Of a stretch of DNA of 63,154 nucleotides, positions 23,843 through 36,796 are shown piece after piece. Each line of letters starts with the position of its first letter. Position 1 is the first letter of the stretch. The notes beneath the pieces are model-generated. The model searched no databases. It had not been told where the DNA came from and saw only the letters and a list, made by a program, of their open reading frames with translations. Made by a program: the position numbers and the translations under genes. The stretch is from Atractiella rhizophila (Eukaryota). The stretch lies in contig MU271247.1 in NCBI GenBank assembly GCA_021432655.1, forward strand, positions 62,001 through 125,154, written 5' to 3'.

Positions 23843-24696
23843 CGCGCTAACCGGCAGCTGCTTTAGAAAACATGTTTCTCATTTAACAGAACCCTACAAG
23901 AATAGCTTGATAGTTGAAAACTTGATAGGATCAATCTTTAGCTTCAGGACGTTGGACGGCGGAAGGTCAGTCACGACTCCGTTGGTTGTTGTTAATGGGG
24001 ATGTGCTGGAAAAGGCAGCACACTCAACCCAGGGTACTCAGAATGAATAACTGCGCTCACCGAAGTCCTCTGGATCATCAGAACACTTCCCGTCGTCCTG
24101 TCCACAACGGTCCCAGGACTAACGAGTCGCTGCTTGAGTCAGCGGAGAGTGATGGAGGGCCTGGGATCCTGGGAGATGGGTTGCCTAGAGATGCTGAAGG
24201 CGGTGGTAAGCTGAGTCGATACTGGCAAGTGGTCGTTTCTGCAAGTTTCACTCGGAAATCCCATGATCAGCCATTAAGCAGTACGGACGTCGCGTACCGG
24301 ATCTTTCAACGTGGGAAGTTGTTGATGAGACTTGATGAGACGTGTCTCAGCCTGCGAGAGGCACTACTGGTGAGTTTTCCAAGCTTGCGTTCGTTACCAA
24401 AGTTCCATTTACTGGAGCAAAGGTGCACTCAAAGAAGAGAACCCTTGGTTCAATGTCAGTTGTACTTCGCCAGGTATTTCGCATTTCTCCTGTCGAAGCT
24501 CCTTCTCCCATGTTCCAGCCTATCCTACCACCTTGCCTTTGCTTCATATGCCATCTCAGTTGCCGTGGACCCGCTCCTTGGGGCTACGAAAGGAGTCTCG
24601 CGATACAGAAATCCTGAGCAGCAGAATTGCAGTCCTATCGTTGGTCTCAGAACTGATAAGGCTGTCCATCGCCTCCAGATTTTCCAGTTATTCGAT

Positions 24697-26275
24697 AAGG
24701 CGATCATCCATTGGCTCCATCCGGAATTCTCTTCCAAATCTTCGAAGTCCGCGCCGCTCATAGGGTCCTCAAACTATACTACGTAGTTATGGGAGTCTGG
24801 AACTCCTCTTTTCTAAGGCTCAAATTCAACCTTGTTCGCTGTCAGCAATCAATAATCAATGGAGCACACACTCTCTGCATCATAGATCGTCGACTCAGAC
24901 TTACCACCGCCGGTATCAAGCCCACGCTTTCGTTCGTACGAGAGTTTCACACGCGTCGTACTCACGTCAAGACTCTGCTTGTTAATCATCCCAGACCTTC
25001 GACGCAGATGAATGATTGTGACGCTTTGAGAACAGTTTCGGATATCACAAGGTCAACTTGACGAACTGGACTTTGTTATGGTCGATAACACCTCCGTCCC
25101 ACCGTCTTCGGCTCCCCTCTAGTCTCAAGCGTTTTTCAATCCAAATCAGTTCTGACAAGACGGAGGTGGTGGATCTTCAAAGACAGGCTTACTAGATTAG
25201 GCGGATGTTAAACCTTGAATCGGATCAAAACAAGAGATGTTGTCCTACCACAGTCGACTGACAAAGCTTTGTTCAGACTCTCCTCCTCGTCATCAACGCC
25301 ATTCTCCATTCTCAGCTCACTTTCTTGTCCACGTCAGCGAGAACTCTTACGTCTCTTCAAGTGTCCCAATCGCACGGTTTTAGCCTCGAACAATACCCTA
25401 TGTTCTGCCACGAAGTTTTCGAGCTCATCCACCTTATCAAGGATGCCCTTGAACTCTTGAAGATGTATGACGGCGGTGGTTCTAAGGACATCGAGGAGTG
25501 TATTTGTCCTCAACTGGTTGCACCGATCCTACCGCATATAAGGACGTTCGTACTACCACCAGCTTGTTAGAAAGCCTGATCGATCCTTTCCCCCATCTTA
25601 GAGATGTTGAGCTTGTTTGACGTTCCGATAATGTTGCATGTTGACGATGCACTGGCTCGCAAGTTCCAATGCAAGTTTGAAAAGTTGCGGAGCTTGTCGA
25701 TTTGGGCTTGAACCTCCAACTTGTCCCGCCAACTGATCCAACCCATATTTAATCTGGTCACTCATTTCCATAGGCTCGCGCGACTTTGCATCGATTCGGG
25801 CTCGTTCGTTTCCACAGCCGAGCTCCTTTCTTTGCTCGAGATCTCGCAACCCCAAGCGTTGTGCATCAACGTCAAATCCTTAACTTTCTCCTCACCTCAA
25901 GCGATTCTGGCATCAAGACATGATAATCTCAGCTAACTTAACTCTGACTTTGGGGAGGTCACTATCCAATTCATTCCAGAGCCTTTCAGCGAAGGCTTCT
26001 TGGGAAGCAAAACGGTCCAATTTCATTCAGCATGGAATGGGACGTCGCTTACCACGGGAGCGGGGAATATGGACCGCTGATAACTTCCTTTCTGGCCCAA
26101 CGTGGACGGACCGATCAGAAGAGCTAGCCTTCGGGCACCTTGTGCTGAATAGAGCTGGTGGAATGATTCGCCTGAGACAGAGAGAATTTGTGGATTTGGC
26201 ACTTTGAAGGCACAACTTGGGACCACAAGGGTTGAGGTGGAGCAATCGGAGTTGTAGGATGTATTGGGGGATGGT
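24697..26275 (+). pseudogene. Decayed tandem paralog of the adjacent F-box/LRR gene
   Basis: Collinear nucleotide similarity with 26818-28485 (e.g. AAATCTTCGAA, CCTCAACTGGT.GC.CCGATCCT, TCGTTCGT.TCCACAGC.GAG, CTCGAGATCTCGCAACC, ATCTCAGCTAACTT, TATGGACC.CTGAT). The ATG position reads AAG, and there are multiple stops and frameshifts. Confidence 0.85.
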
Positions 26276-26817
26276 TGATGTACTGTGTATAGGGATTGTG
26301 TCCACTCTTTGAATATGGGCAAATAATAACCGTGTACTGCTATGCAACTCACACTGGAGTTATATCCTCTGCAACCTCCTCCGGTGAGTATAACGGCTAC
26401 GCCCTGCAAATTTCCCGCTCCAAATATCTTGGAAGTGTGTTCTTTTATCAGGTTGAGTCATTTCTGTTCTGTAAGACTAGGCTAACATCGTGATGGGAGT
26501 CCACACGAGCCTCACTGGAGGTCAAAGAAGACGGCGGAGTATTAGCAATGATCCACTCATTAAGGACCCTTTGTTATCTCAATCGCCGATTGCAATGATT
26601 TGGTTCTCGGCTGGCTGACATTGATCTGGGTCTTGTCAAGACGTCGACACCTACCCTCATCGCATCCACTGACTAGAAGGAGAACTTCCACAGCTGGGCA
26701 TGTAGGTAGCAGGGCCAACACACAATCTGTTGGCGTTTCTCCCCACTTCCCCAAAGTGATGAACTAACCAGGTCCCCACCTAGAGCAGACCTTTAAATTT
26801 GTCAAAAGAAACAGAGG

Positions 26818-28485
26818 ATGGCGACGATTCATTCCCTCCCTTCGGAACTCCTCCTCGAAATCTTCGAACTCCTCGCAGCGCATGGCGATATCAAATATCG
26901 ATACCGCATGCATCGCATGCAATTTCTTTTTTCCAAAGCTCAAATTCGACCTTGTTCACTCGTCAGCAAGCGATGGAGGGAGCTCTCTCTCCCCGTTCTT
27001 GATCGCAGGCTCACGCTTTCTAGAACCAACGTGAGCTCGACCCTTTCGTTCGTACGGCAGGCCAAAGCACGTCGCTCTCACATAAAGTGTTTGCTCGTAA
27101 AATTTCCAGAATCAGCATGGGAATCGACGAATGCAGGTGGGAAGATTATCTGGGATGCGCTGAAAGAAGTTTTGGAGATCGTTGGAGAACAGCTCCTAGA
27201 ATTGGACGTCATGCTATGGTCAATGGCAGCTCCCGGCGTTAGTCTTCTTCGACTCCCATCCAATCTCGAACATTTCCACGTGCTAGCATGTCCTGCTATG
27301 AGAAATCCGCCGTTTCTTCAAAATTGGTTCACTGGGTTAGATCAGTGCAAGGCTTTACGCCACCTCAAATCGTCCGATGTTGTGGTGTCGCAGTCCACTC
27401 CAGCCCAGTTTAAACTCTCCCGCCTCCAAATCGACGTCGTTCTTCCTTTGGATTCACAATTTTTCTCAGCGTCCGCAGGAACTCTTACTAGTCTCATCGT
27501 CTCTCGATCACCTAAGTTTACGGTCAAAGAACACCCTACCTTCTGGCCAGAAGTCTTCCAGCTCCTCCATCTCGTAAGGGATTCCCTTAGATCGCTGAAC
27601 ATGACTGGCTATTTGGAGTGGGAAACACCTGAGATATATATTAATCCTCAACTGGTCGCCCCGATCCTCCCGAGGCTGAGAACTCTTACACTCGTGAGCG
27701 ACTTCTTAGGGAACCTCGTCGACTCTTTCCCGCGTCTCGACCTATCCTCAGAATTGGAGTGCTTGAGGTTGTCCGACGTGCGAATAATGTCGAAGGAGGA
27801 GGACGGAGGAGGGCAGAAGTTGCGATGCAATTTTCGGAATCTACACACACTGTCATTGTTCATTCAAAGTCCCCTCCTGTCCACTCACAATTTACGACCG
27901 ATATTCGACCCTGCCACCTATCCCGTTAGGCTCAAGTGTCTCGAAATCGCTTCGACTTCGTTCGTGTCCACAGCGGAGGTCATCCGTTTCCTCGAGATCT
28001 CGCAACCTCAGAAGCTGACAATCGACCTCGATTCTTCTTTCGAACTCTTGAACTTTCTCCTCACCTCTGGTCACACGATTCCCGGAATCGAAGAGGTGTC
28101 AATCTCAGCTAACTTCTACTCAGCTTTTAGGCACAACTTTATGGAGGAGGACGACGTCCATTTGACTTGGTCATCTTTCAACGAAGGAACTTGTATGGCC
28201 AAACGTCTCCAATTTGATTTCGAAACTAGATACGGCATTGCTTCCTGCGGCAATGGGGGGTATGGACCACTGATCAGTTTTCTTCGCGCCGCAACATGGA
28301 CTGATCAGTTGGAAAAACTCACGCTTCGCCCAGGGGCGAATAGGAGTGGTGGACTCGTTGCCTTGAGCCGAAAGGAATGGGCGGACTATGGAATACTGAT
28401 GACGAGACTTAAGGAGAGCCGTACAAAGGTTGAGTTGGAGTGTTTAGAGTTTTATGACGACGGAACGGAGGACGAAGAGAAGTAA
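26818..28485 (+). CDS. Intronless F-box / leucine-rich-repeat-like protein
   Basis: N-terminal IHSLPSELLLEIFELL...CSLVSKRWRELSLPVL (F-box-like) followed by LxxLxL repeats (LRHLK, LTSLIV, LRSLNM, LRTLTL, LECLRL, LHTLSL, LEKLTL). 555 aa. Confidence 0.85.
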   Translation: MATIHSLPSELLLEIFELLAAHGDIKYRYRMHRMQFLFSKAQIRPCSLVSKRWRELSLPVLDRRLTLSRTNVSSTLSFVRQAKARRSHIKCLLVKFPESAWESTNAGGKIIWDALKEVLEIVGEQLLELDVMLWSMAAPGVSLLRLPSNLEHFHVLACPAMRNPPFLQNWFTGLDQCKALRHLKSSDVVVSQSTPAQFKLSRLQIDVVLPLDSQFFSASAGTLTSLIVSRSPKFTVKEHPTFWPEVFQLLHLVRDSLRSLNMTGYLEWETPEIYINPQLVAPILPRLRTLTLVSDFLGNLVDSFPRLDLSSELECLRLSDVRIMSKEEDGGGQKLRCNFRNLHTLSLFIQSPLLSTHNLRPIFDPATYPVRLKCLEIASTSFVSTAEVIRFLEISQPQKLTIDLDSSFELLNFLLTSGHTIPGIEEVSISANFYSAFRHNFMEEDDVHLTWSSFNEGTCMAKRLQFDFETRYGIASCGNGGYGPLISFLRAATWTDQLEKLTLRPGANRSGGLVALSRKEWADYGILMTRLKESRTKVELECLEFYDDGTEDEEK

Positions 28486-29640
28486 AATGTAACTCAACTG
28501 GACCTCCACGTATCGCGATTTTGGTAATAACTCGACCTCCTCTCCGTCTAGCTTCGATACTGGAAGGTTACATTCGCTACGGAGATTATCTCGTCTCTCA
28601 GACCTGGCCACCTCACGAGCTACTTGGTCCTTGCTCGCCATCACGAAAAGATATCCCACACCGCCAACTCTTCAGTCACTTGACTTTCAATCAAAGGTGG
28701 TTTTGCGGGAGTTTTCTTTGTCTCCTACGGGTGCTCATGTTTGCCTACTCCGTCGGGCCTATTCGTCACTGGTCGTAATCTTCGACTTTTCTACCACATC
28801 CGCTGTTACCCTTTTCCCGATTCCTCGCTTCCAGGCACTGCGCTACGTTTGTCAAATATTTGCACTTTTCACGCAATTCTAACTTGGCTCTTGCTTGAAG
28901 CTATAATAATTTGTTTTCAAAAAAGTCAAAAAGTGATTCGAAGTGAACAACTCTGTAACTTTAGATTTCAAGCTCTTTGCTTAATGCAAATTGTCGTGGG
29001 AACTCTCACATGAAGTTCGCGATTCTTGAACCTCACTCTTCTCGAACCGTCAATTACAATAAAGGAACAAGCCAAGAATGGACCATTAATGGGCTGTGAC
29101 GGTGATTCTGACTGCCAGTGCAATGGGCGAGAAAATACCAGTGCGGGTGCAGGTGCTGCAGTTCAATTCCAGTCTGCCGGAAAGTCAGCCCTTTTCCTGC
29201 CTCAAAAGTTCATAAATGAACTGACAAACGAAAATGATAAGGATAAGTAGAGGACGGAAAATGCATCCAACAAGTCCTTCCACCTTTTGGTGCGCAAATT
29301 CATTCACGAATGCATGTGAGGGTTAAAATGTACACATTGGACGTCCCATTTAAACTCTCAATACAGTAAACAATTACGTCCTCGAGTCTTAATTTGCTGT
29401 AACGCTTCCTTCCTAGGTTTGAGTCTGTGAGGATTGGGGACTACATACAGGAACTTACAAGCTCTAACTTTCCGAATGAAATGGTGGAAATACTATAACG
29501 TCGTCAAGTAAGTCTGTGGTCAGCTCCAGGGATATCATGCTTGTCATTGGGTACTATTTGACCACTAGATATATCAATGAAACGTTTGTCAACACAGATG
29601 TACTAAAGCTGAAAGTGAAGCGTTCAACTTCAGGACGAGA

Positions 29641-30777
29641 TCACCTCTGATCTTCTGGGTCTACCAGGTCGGCCTGCCGTTCCAGTTGTACATCCACCTT
29701 CTTAAGTCCCAGAGCTGCGTCTCTAACCTCGAAGGATTGATTCTGCATGAATGCTTTCGTGAGGCCCACGATGGTCGAAACCTCTCTCCACTCCGCCAGG
29801 CCGACCGTTCCCAACCCTTCGACCTGAAAACGATGGTAATGGTCCCGCCTCCTCTCTTGCTGAAACTGTTCTTTCACCTGGTTGGCAACCCTCGAACAGT
29901 CCGTCACAATCTGCTCCATCGCCTTCAGCAACTGCCAGTAAGAACCACTGCCTTTGACAGCAGGTTGTGAACCGGTTCCGAGGGAGATGAGACACGAGAT
30001 CTGACTGTCGTTTCCCCAGATGCGCTTCGTTTCATCAATGGCAACACTGGTTGGATTATTGGTTCCCATGCCGCCATCAACATACAGAGTGTTGTCGACC
30101 TCGATGGGGGCGAAGAACATCGGTGCAGCACTCGTTGCTCTAGCCGCTTGCCAGATCTTCATTGCTGCCGGTGGGGACAGCTCAGTCCGATACGTTCGCA
30201 AGTAGGCTGGGGCGACAATATTGGCTTGGTAGGTGGAGGTGAGGAGGACTCTGCACCTTTGACGAAAGTTGACGTCCGGATCTTTCATGGGTACGTTTCG
30301 AGGATCTTTATCGTCCTCGTCCGGCGCATAAAGAGCTAGCATCTCCACGATCGCATTCTCTAGATTTTGGCTATCGAACGCATAGACTCCGGATTTCAAG
30401 CCTTTGATGGCATTGAGACCTTTTTCGGTGATGGATGGATCGGGGAAAATTCTCTGCGCCAGTTCCTCGTACACTTGAATGCATTGACGAGTCGTCATCC
30501 CCAATCTTCCGAGCATGATCGCAATGAGGCCCCCGGTGGATGTCCCGCACATGAGGTCAAAGTAGTCGCAAGGTCGCAGTTCCTTCTTCTCAGGATTGGG
30601 ATCATCAGGAAATAGTTGGTGCCCAAGCTGCTCCATGATTTGCTCCAGAATGTAGAGTTCAGACAGTCCTCTTACGCCGCCCCCGTCAAGGCAAAGAACG
30701 CGGAGCCTTTTTGGATCGGCAATGTGGGCCGACGAAGAGACGACGTAGACATCGTTTTTGGGGAGGTGTTTCTTCAT
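29641..30777 (-). CDS. Patatin-like phospholipase (PNPLA8/iPLA2-like), stand-alone
   Basis: LCLDGGGVRG glycine loop, FDLMCGTSTGG nucleophile, ARATSAAPMFF, VDGG..NNP and ISLGTG. The CDS is intronless, with an apparent 5'-UTR intron at about 30826-30867. Confidence 0.93.
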   Translation of the reverse strand: MKKHLPKNDVYVVSSSAHIADPKRLRVLCLDGGGVRGLSELYILEQIMEQLGHQLFPDDPNPEKKELRPCDYFDLMCGTSTGGLIAIMLGRLGMTTRQCIQVYEELAQRIFPDPSITEKGLNAIKGLKSGVYAFDSQNLENAIVEMLALYAPDEDDKDPRNVPMKDPDVNFRQRCRVLLTSTYQANIVAPAYLRTYRTELSPPAAMKIWQAARATSAAPMFFAPIEVDNTLYVDGGMGTNNPTSVAIDETKRIWGNDSQISCLISLGTGSQPAVKGSGSYWQLLKAMEQIVTDCSRVANQVKEQFQQERRRDHYHRFQVEGLGTVGLAEWREVSTIVGLTKAFMQNQSFEVRDAALGLKKVDVQLERQADLVDPEDQR

Positions 30778-31359
30778 ATCTCGAATTTGCGCGGGTGCTG
30801 GTGCTGGCGTTCTAGAGTCTTCGCCTACTTAGATTAGCTAGCTTCACATCACAGCTGTACTGCTCACCTTCTGCGGAACCAGAGGAACTGTGAGTGTAAG
30901 ACCGGAAGTCTCTGATTTGTTAAGGGGGATTTTCACCAGCAAGCCTGATCAGCTTTTATGGAAGGGTGTACAAGCATACACGCTGACAAGGGTGGAGTAG
31001 GAGTTACCGTCCGTACTGGGAGGCAGCAGAATGCGGGCTCCCCACAACGTTGAACGGTGAACGATGAACATTGAATATTGGTGAAATATATTAGATTTTT
31101 CGGCTCTCTCACTCATCATTAACATTTCCAACTAGATCCACTTCCCGATCCATATCCTGGGCACAATACTATACCTACCGTACCATACTCTTCCAAGGTG
31201 AATACTCTATGAAAAAATACAGTTATCCGCATCTCCGCCCGCTCCTCCTGTTGCGACCACGTCCTTCCTCCTACCCGCTACACCCCCTCCCCACTTCCAC
31301 TCCCTCCCCCTGTCCCTCCCCATTCCTACATCTACAAAAGTCCCACGTGACAGGCACAC

Positions 31360-34300
31360 ATGCGCATCCTCGCCCCCCTCGTCCTCCTCACCTCCCTCAC
31401 ATTCTCCCTCTCCTCCGCTCTCTCCCACCCCCACGTCCAGCCTGCATCCCACCGCACGCCGTCGAAGCGGACATACGCCACACACACATACTACGTCCTC
31501 TCCCTCCCGCCCTCTTCCTCCCCCTCCCTCTGGCTCTCCACTTACTTCCCCGCCCAAAACAATGGAGGTGGCAGCCATGATCGGCATGAAGTGGGAGTGG
31601 AGGGAGGGATGACGGTGGAGCTGGTGGAGCCAGTGGGAGAGTTAGAAGGCGAATGGCTAGTCCGAGTCGGGCACGAGCATGTTTCGACGTTCGAAAAGCG
31701 ACATGCTGCGCTGGAGAAGCTGCGGAAGCGAGGAGGCTTCTTGTCCTCTGCCACATCGCCGTCTTGGAAGCTGACCAAGCAGGTCGTTCGACAGCGCACC
31801 AAGCGTGTCCTTCCCCTTCATCCCCTCGACGCACATCAAGACCTAGAGGTAGAGGTAGAGGTAGAAAGGAGGGCCCCGCCGCCGGTTAACAAACTCTCAT
31901 CCACCGTTGCGCGGAGGTTGAGGATCGAGGACCCGTTGTGGGATAAACAGTGGCATCTTGTCAATGACGAGATTGCCGAGAACAGTATCAACGTCACCGG
32001 TCTCTGGGAAGGCGGGATCACCGGGAAAGGTGTGAGGGTAGCCATCGTGGATGACGGGCTGGATCTGTACTCCGACGACTTGGTATCTCCCTTTCTCCCG
32101 TCAAAGAACACGGCTCTCATGATGCTCTGTACATGATGTAGTCCGCCAATTTCTTTGCTGAAGGATCGTGGGACTACAACGACCATAACCCTCTCCCGCT
32201 ACCCCGTCTATCCGACGACCAACACGGCACTCGATGTGCTGGCGAAGTGAGCGCCGGAAAAAACAGCGTGTGCGGGCTCGGAGTCGCCTACGAGTCCGGC
32301 ATCGCAGGTCCGTCCATCCCATTCCTCTCCCTCTCTCCTCACAAAATCATCCATCTAACTACGTCTCATGAAAAACAGGAATAAGGATCTTGAGCGGCGG
32401 AATCTCCGATGCGGACGAAGCCTCCTCTCTCAACTACGGCTACCAACAAAACAGCATCTACTCCTGCTCTTGGGGTCCGCCAGACTCTGGACAAGACATG
32501 GAGGGCCCCTCGGATCTCATCAAGAAGGCTTTCTTGAATGGAGTCACGAAGGGACGTGGAGGGTTGGGGAGCGTGTTTGTGTTTGCGAGTGGGAATGGAG
32601 GTGCGGTGGACGATCAGTGTAATTTTGATGGGTATACGAATTCGATTTGGAGCGTTACAGTGGGCGCTATCGACAGGTTAGTACTTTTCCTCCATTCTTG
32701 ACATTGTTTCTATTGAGAAATGTGAAGATTGATTGATTGATTGAATGGGATACACAGGAAAGATGCGCATCCCTTCTACAGCGAACCATGTGCGGCTTTG
32801 ATGACCGTCACCTACTCAAGTGGAGGAGGGGACAACATCGTGCGTCTTCCCCCTCTCACGTCCCTTTCCACTCCACCGCCGGACTGTACTGAATGCAAGA
32901 ACGTAATGGAAACAGTGGACGACGGACGTTGGAAAGGACAAGTGTACAGGTCACCACGGAGGGACGAGTGCGGCCGCTCCGATCGGTGCTGGGATCTTTG
33001 CGCTCGTCCTCCAAGCGCGGTACGTTTTTTAGCCGAAGCGAAACGGAAGAAATCGAGGCTGATGAGAATTGTGTAGGCCGGACCTAACGTGGCGCGACCT
33101 CCAACACCTCGTTGTGCGCACCTCCGTACCCATCAACCTCAACGATCCGGATTGGGAGACGACGGCGGTCGGGAGACTGTTTAATCATAAATATGGATAC
33201 GGCAAGTTGGACGCTTGGAATCTTGTTCAGGCCGCCGATGAGTGGAGGGGCACCGAGAGGCAGGCTTGGTGGGCTCTCCTTTTACTTTCTCCTATTCAGT
33301 CTAGGAAATTGGTGCTGACTCGTTTTGGTTGTTAGGTGGGTCAGTGATATAGACGTCGTCCCTGATGGAACGGGAAATATCACAGCTGATGGACTTGTGA
33401 GGAAGATAGAGGTGACGAAAGAAGCCATGGATGGTGCGAATTTGGATTCGAAGAGGGGATTGGAGCATGTTCAGGTTACAGTCAACATCATACATCAGCG
33501 AAGAGGGAACGTAGAGGCTGTATTGGAGAGTCCGAATGGCGTCAAGAGCGTCTTGGCAAAGAAGAGAAGGTTCGACGATGACCCGGATGGGTTCCCTGAT
33601 TGGACTTTCATGAGCGTCAAACATTGGTTAGTCCTCCGCTTTTGTACTAGTCTCGAGCAGCTGACGAATGAATGGATGGTGCTGCCTTGTGGTATTGTAG
33701 GGATGAGAACCCTGTTGGGACTTGGACGCTCACCGTGCTCGATAAGCAAGACAATGGAAAAACGGGTCATCTGGTCGATTGGACGCTGACCCTTTGGGGA
33801 CAAGCGATAGATTCGTCCATCCAGCCCGACTACACTTTGCCAGGCGACGAAGGCGAGGACGCGATCGAGCTCCCTCCTTCTCCCACCTACACTGGAGACG
33901 GACACGAACTCCCGCATCCTACCGAGTCGTCCACGGACAAAGGGGAGGTGAATGAGGACCCGTTCCACCCCTCCAATTCGCTGTCTAAAACGAAAACCTA
34001 CGGAAGACCTACTGAGCACCTACCTTCCGACCATGCCGCTCAATCTGGCGAGACGCACTCTTCCTTCCTCCACGAGGTCCTGACCACTCTATCCCCCTCT
34101 TCCCTCCCAACAGACGCGAGCGGAAAAGTCGACGCGTTGGCGAACGACAACGATGGTGAAGGAGACGTCGGCACCTCTCCAGACCTCAAAACGCCGTCCA
34201 CAGGTCTCCTCCTCATCCCGCTCATCCTCGTCCTCCTCTTCGGAATCGGCGTCATCGCCTACTTCTACCTGAGAGATCGTCGACGGAGGAAGGGGGATTG

Positions 34301-34574
34301 GGAACGTCTTCCGACGGAAGAGCAGATGGAGACCAGGGAACTGTATGACGCCTTCGGGGAGAGGGGAGAGGATGAGACGGATGAAGAGGGCGATGGGCAC
34401 GGAGGAGATCATGATGACGATGGAGATGGGAAGGGAGCATTGAAACCTTATGTGAGGGAGGAGTACGCACAAAGCTTCGCTAGCGATGCTGGGGAGGGAA
34501 CAAGGCTGGTGGGCGGTTCTGGGTCTCGAGCTGGCAGTGGGAACAGAGCTGATGATGGCAGATACCATGACTGA
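31360..34574 (+). CDS. KEX2: Kexin (Kex2) subtilisin-like proprotein convertase
   Basis: Signal peptide, propeptide RQRTKR/VERR, catalytic motifs VDDG, HGTRCAGE, ASGNGG and HGGTSAA, P domain (LEHVQV...WTFMSVKHW), TM helix, and cytosolic ELYDAF plus acidic tail. Confidence 0.96.
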
Positions 34575-34966
34575 TTTCTTGGATAGATTTAGGAATGAAT
34601 ATGTTGGGAAATTCCCAAACTCACCGTCAAACACCCGTTGGGTATTGGGTGAAGTCTATTGTCAACGAAGCGGACTAGAGTTTAAAAGGAACAGAAAATG
34701 CTTGGGTACTGAAATATGCAACATTGCAGAGACTATGTCGCCAAATCGTGAACTGATGATATGATAGTTTCAACAGACAAATCGAGGAATGTGAGGACAA
34801 GAACAAGGGACACAGAAAGTCGAAGTGATGAGAGACCATTGCCTACATAACGGAATGGAATGTGAGGAAAGAGACATAAGAAGTGGGTATGAATCCAAAA
34901 ACACTACCGAAATCAATGGGCATATAACATTGATGGATGAAAGTGACATGGCAAAGGAACGTAAAA

Positions 34967-36796
34967 TCAATTCCCCTCCACCAACTTCCATTCATCGAAC
35001 TTGGGCATGTTCTTGTCCGTGCGATATGTAGTTCTGTACAAATGCTTGTAGACATAAACGAAAGCTTCGTCCGACGCCTTATGAAATTTTCGTGATTGGT
35101 ACTACAGAGCGAGTCAGAACATCTAATGGAGGATGGGGATTGTAAAGGGCTGACCTTCTTATGCAAGTTGGGGTGTTCAACCTGAGTCAACGCCTCAGCA
35201 AGGTCGAATGGAGAGGCAGAGCCGATCGCAGTCGTGGAGTTCAACTTCAACTTGCTCTTCGACTCTTTGGAGTTATCACCGGCTTTGATGTGGCTGATCT
35301 GGCGAGCGATGTATTCTAGCATCATCTGAGCCACAGGAAGGATTTCCTCTTGTGTATAGGTTGACAAATGCGTAAGGAACTCGTCCTAAACCATCTAGGT
35401 CAACAACGCAATGCACAACGAAAGGCATGCCATACCCATGGACCTCTATCCAATACCTTCCTCGAGAACCACACGGAAGCGGCAGCGACTAAACTAGGCT
35501 TAACAGCAACCATAGCAGGGTCAACCGTTGAAATCTCGATGAAGTATTTCGCAAAGGTTCGACATTTGATATCGTAATCGTCGGCCTTACTGATCCTTCT
35601 CAAGAATCCAATCGGTGTAGGGAAGGAGAGGTCATAACCGATAAACTCGAGGACGAAAGTTTCAGCTTTGAGGAATTCTTCTTCAGAGTAACCATCTTCA
35701 GCCATGTAAAGGAAGTTGGAGAGCGCCGGGCAGATGATTTCCTCATATTTGCAGGCGATCATCAATGCGACCAAACCGACGAGTTGGAACTTGACGAGCG
35801 CGATCGTACGGATGGAGAGGAAACGGTCGATGATGTTGACAGCGGTGAAGAGCGTCTCTGGGACCAGTCTGAACTTGCCGTGAATGTCGATGAGCCAGTC
35901 AATAAGGACTCCCCGCATGCGCCAGTTGAGATCGTCCTGTCGTTCCATATAATCTGCCTTGGGGTTGTTCTTCGACTGCAACGGAGTCAGAGGGAACTCA
36001 ACTGAAAAATGAATACCCACCTCCAACTCCATCATGTAGCAGTATATCTCCTTCACATATTCAGCTACCATAATAGGGTCGTCCATATCTTGTTCGTCGT
36101 ACTGATCCCATTCCGACTTGGCCATGATCTTCGCCTGAACAGCCTCGAGGCTTCGCTCCTTCACTTCCTCCTTCTCCTCTGACAATCTTATTCTCTTCTT
36201 CTTCCTCCCAGCCGTCTCTTCCTCCTCATCCCCAGCATTCTCCCTCACCATCTTCTCATCCAGAATAACAATGCCCTCCGCCGCCAACTCTTCCTCCTCT
36301 CTAAGTTTCTTTTCGCGCTGACTCTTCAAACCAGCTCCAGCGCGTTTCAACAAACCGCCACGGGCACCTAGAGCGGTCGTGCTCGTGCTCGCCGAAACGA
36401 GGGAAGCAGTAGACGCTGTACGCTTTGTCCTGGTCTTCGCCTTCGCTTGAGCTGGAGGGTCCACGGCAACAACGATGGAGGACTTGGAGACGACGACACC
36501 TGGAGCTTTGAGCTTCTTGATAGGGCGATTGAGGGGAACCTTGAGAGCTTCCTCCTCTTCGTCCCTCATCACCTCATCCCCGTCCTTGTCCTTGCCAACG
36601 TTGGAGACTTTCTTAGCTAGAGCGGGTCGTTTCGCATCTTTCACCGCAATGGCGGTTTCACCTAGGTCACCCAACTTTCCTGCTTTCCCACGCTTGTTCG
36701 CTGGAAGGTCGATGAGCGCGTTCCGTTTGCGTACAACAGCATCCTTGGTAGCGGTAGGAACTTTAATCGCGACCACCGGCTTCGACTGTGCAATCT
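34967..36796 (-). CDS. B-type (G2/M) cyclin, start exon unresolved
   Basis: Destruction box RNALIDLPAN, DPIMVAEYV, cyclin box MRGVLIDWLIDIH...IACKYEEI, and FLRRISKADDYD. Confidence 0.92.

Noticed and set aside
29120..29180. tRNA-like B-box GTTCAATTC
   Set aside because: No T-stem pairing, acceptor stem or anticodon arm.
31843..32744. (GAGGTA)3 and (GATT)4 microsatellites in KEX2
   Set aside because: Ordinary short repeats in the propeptide linker and an intron.
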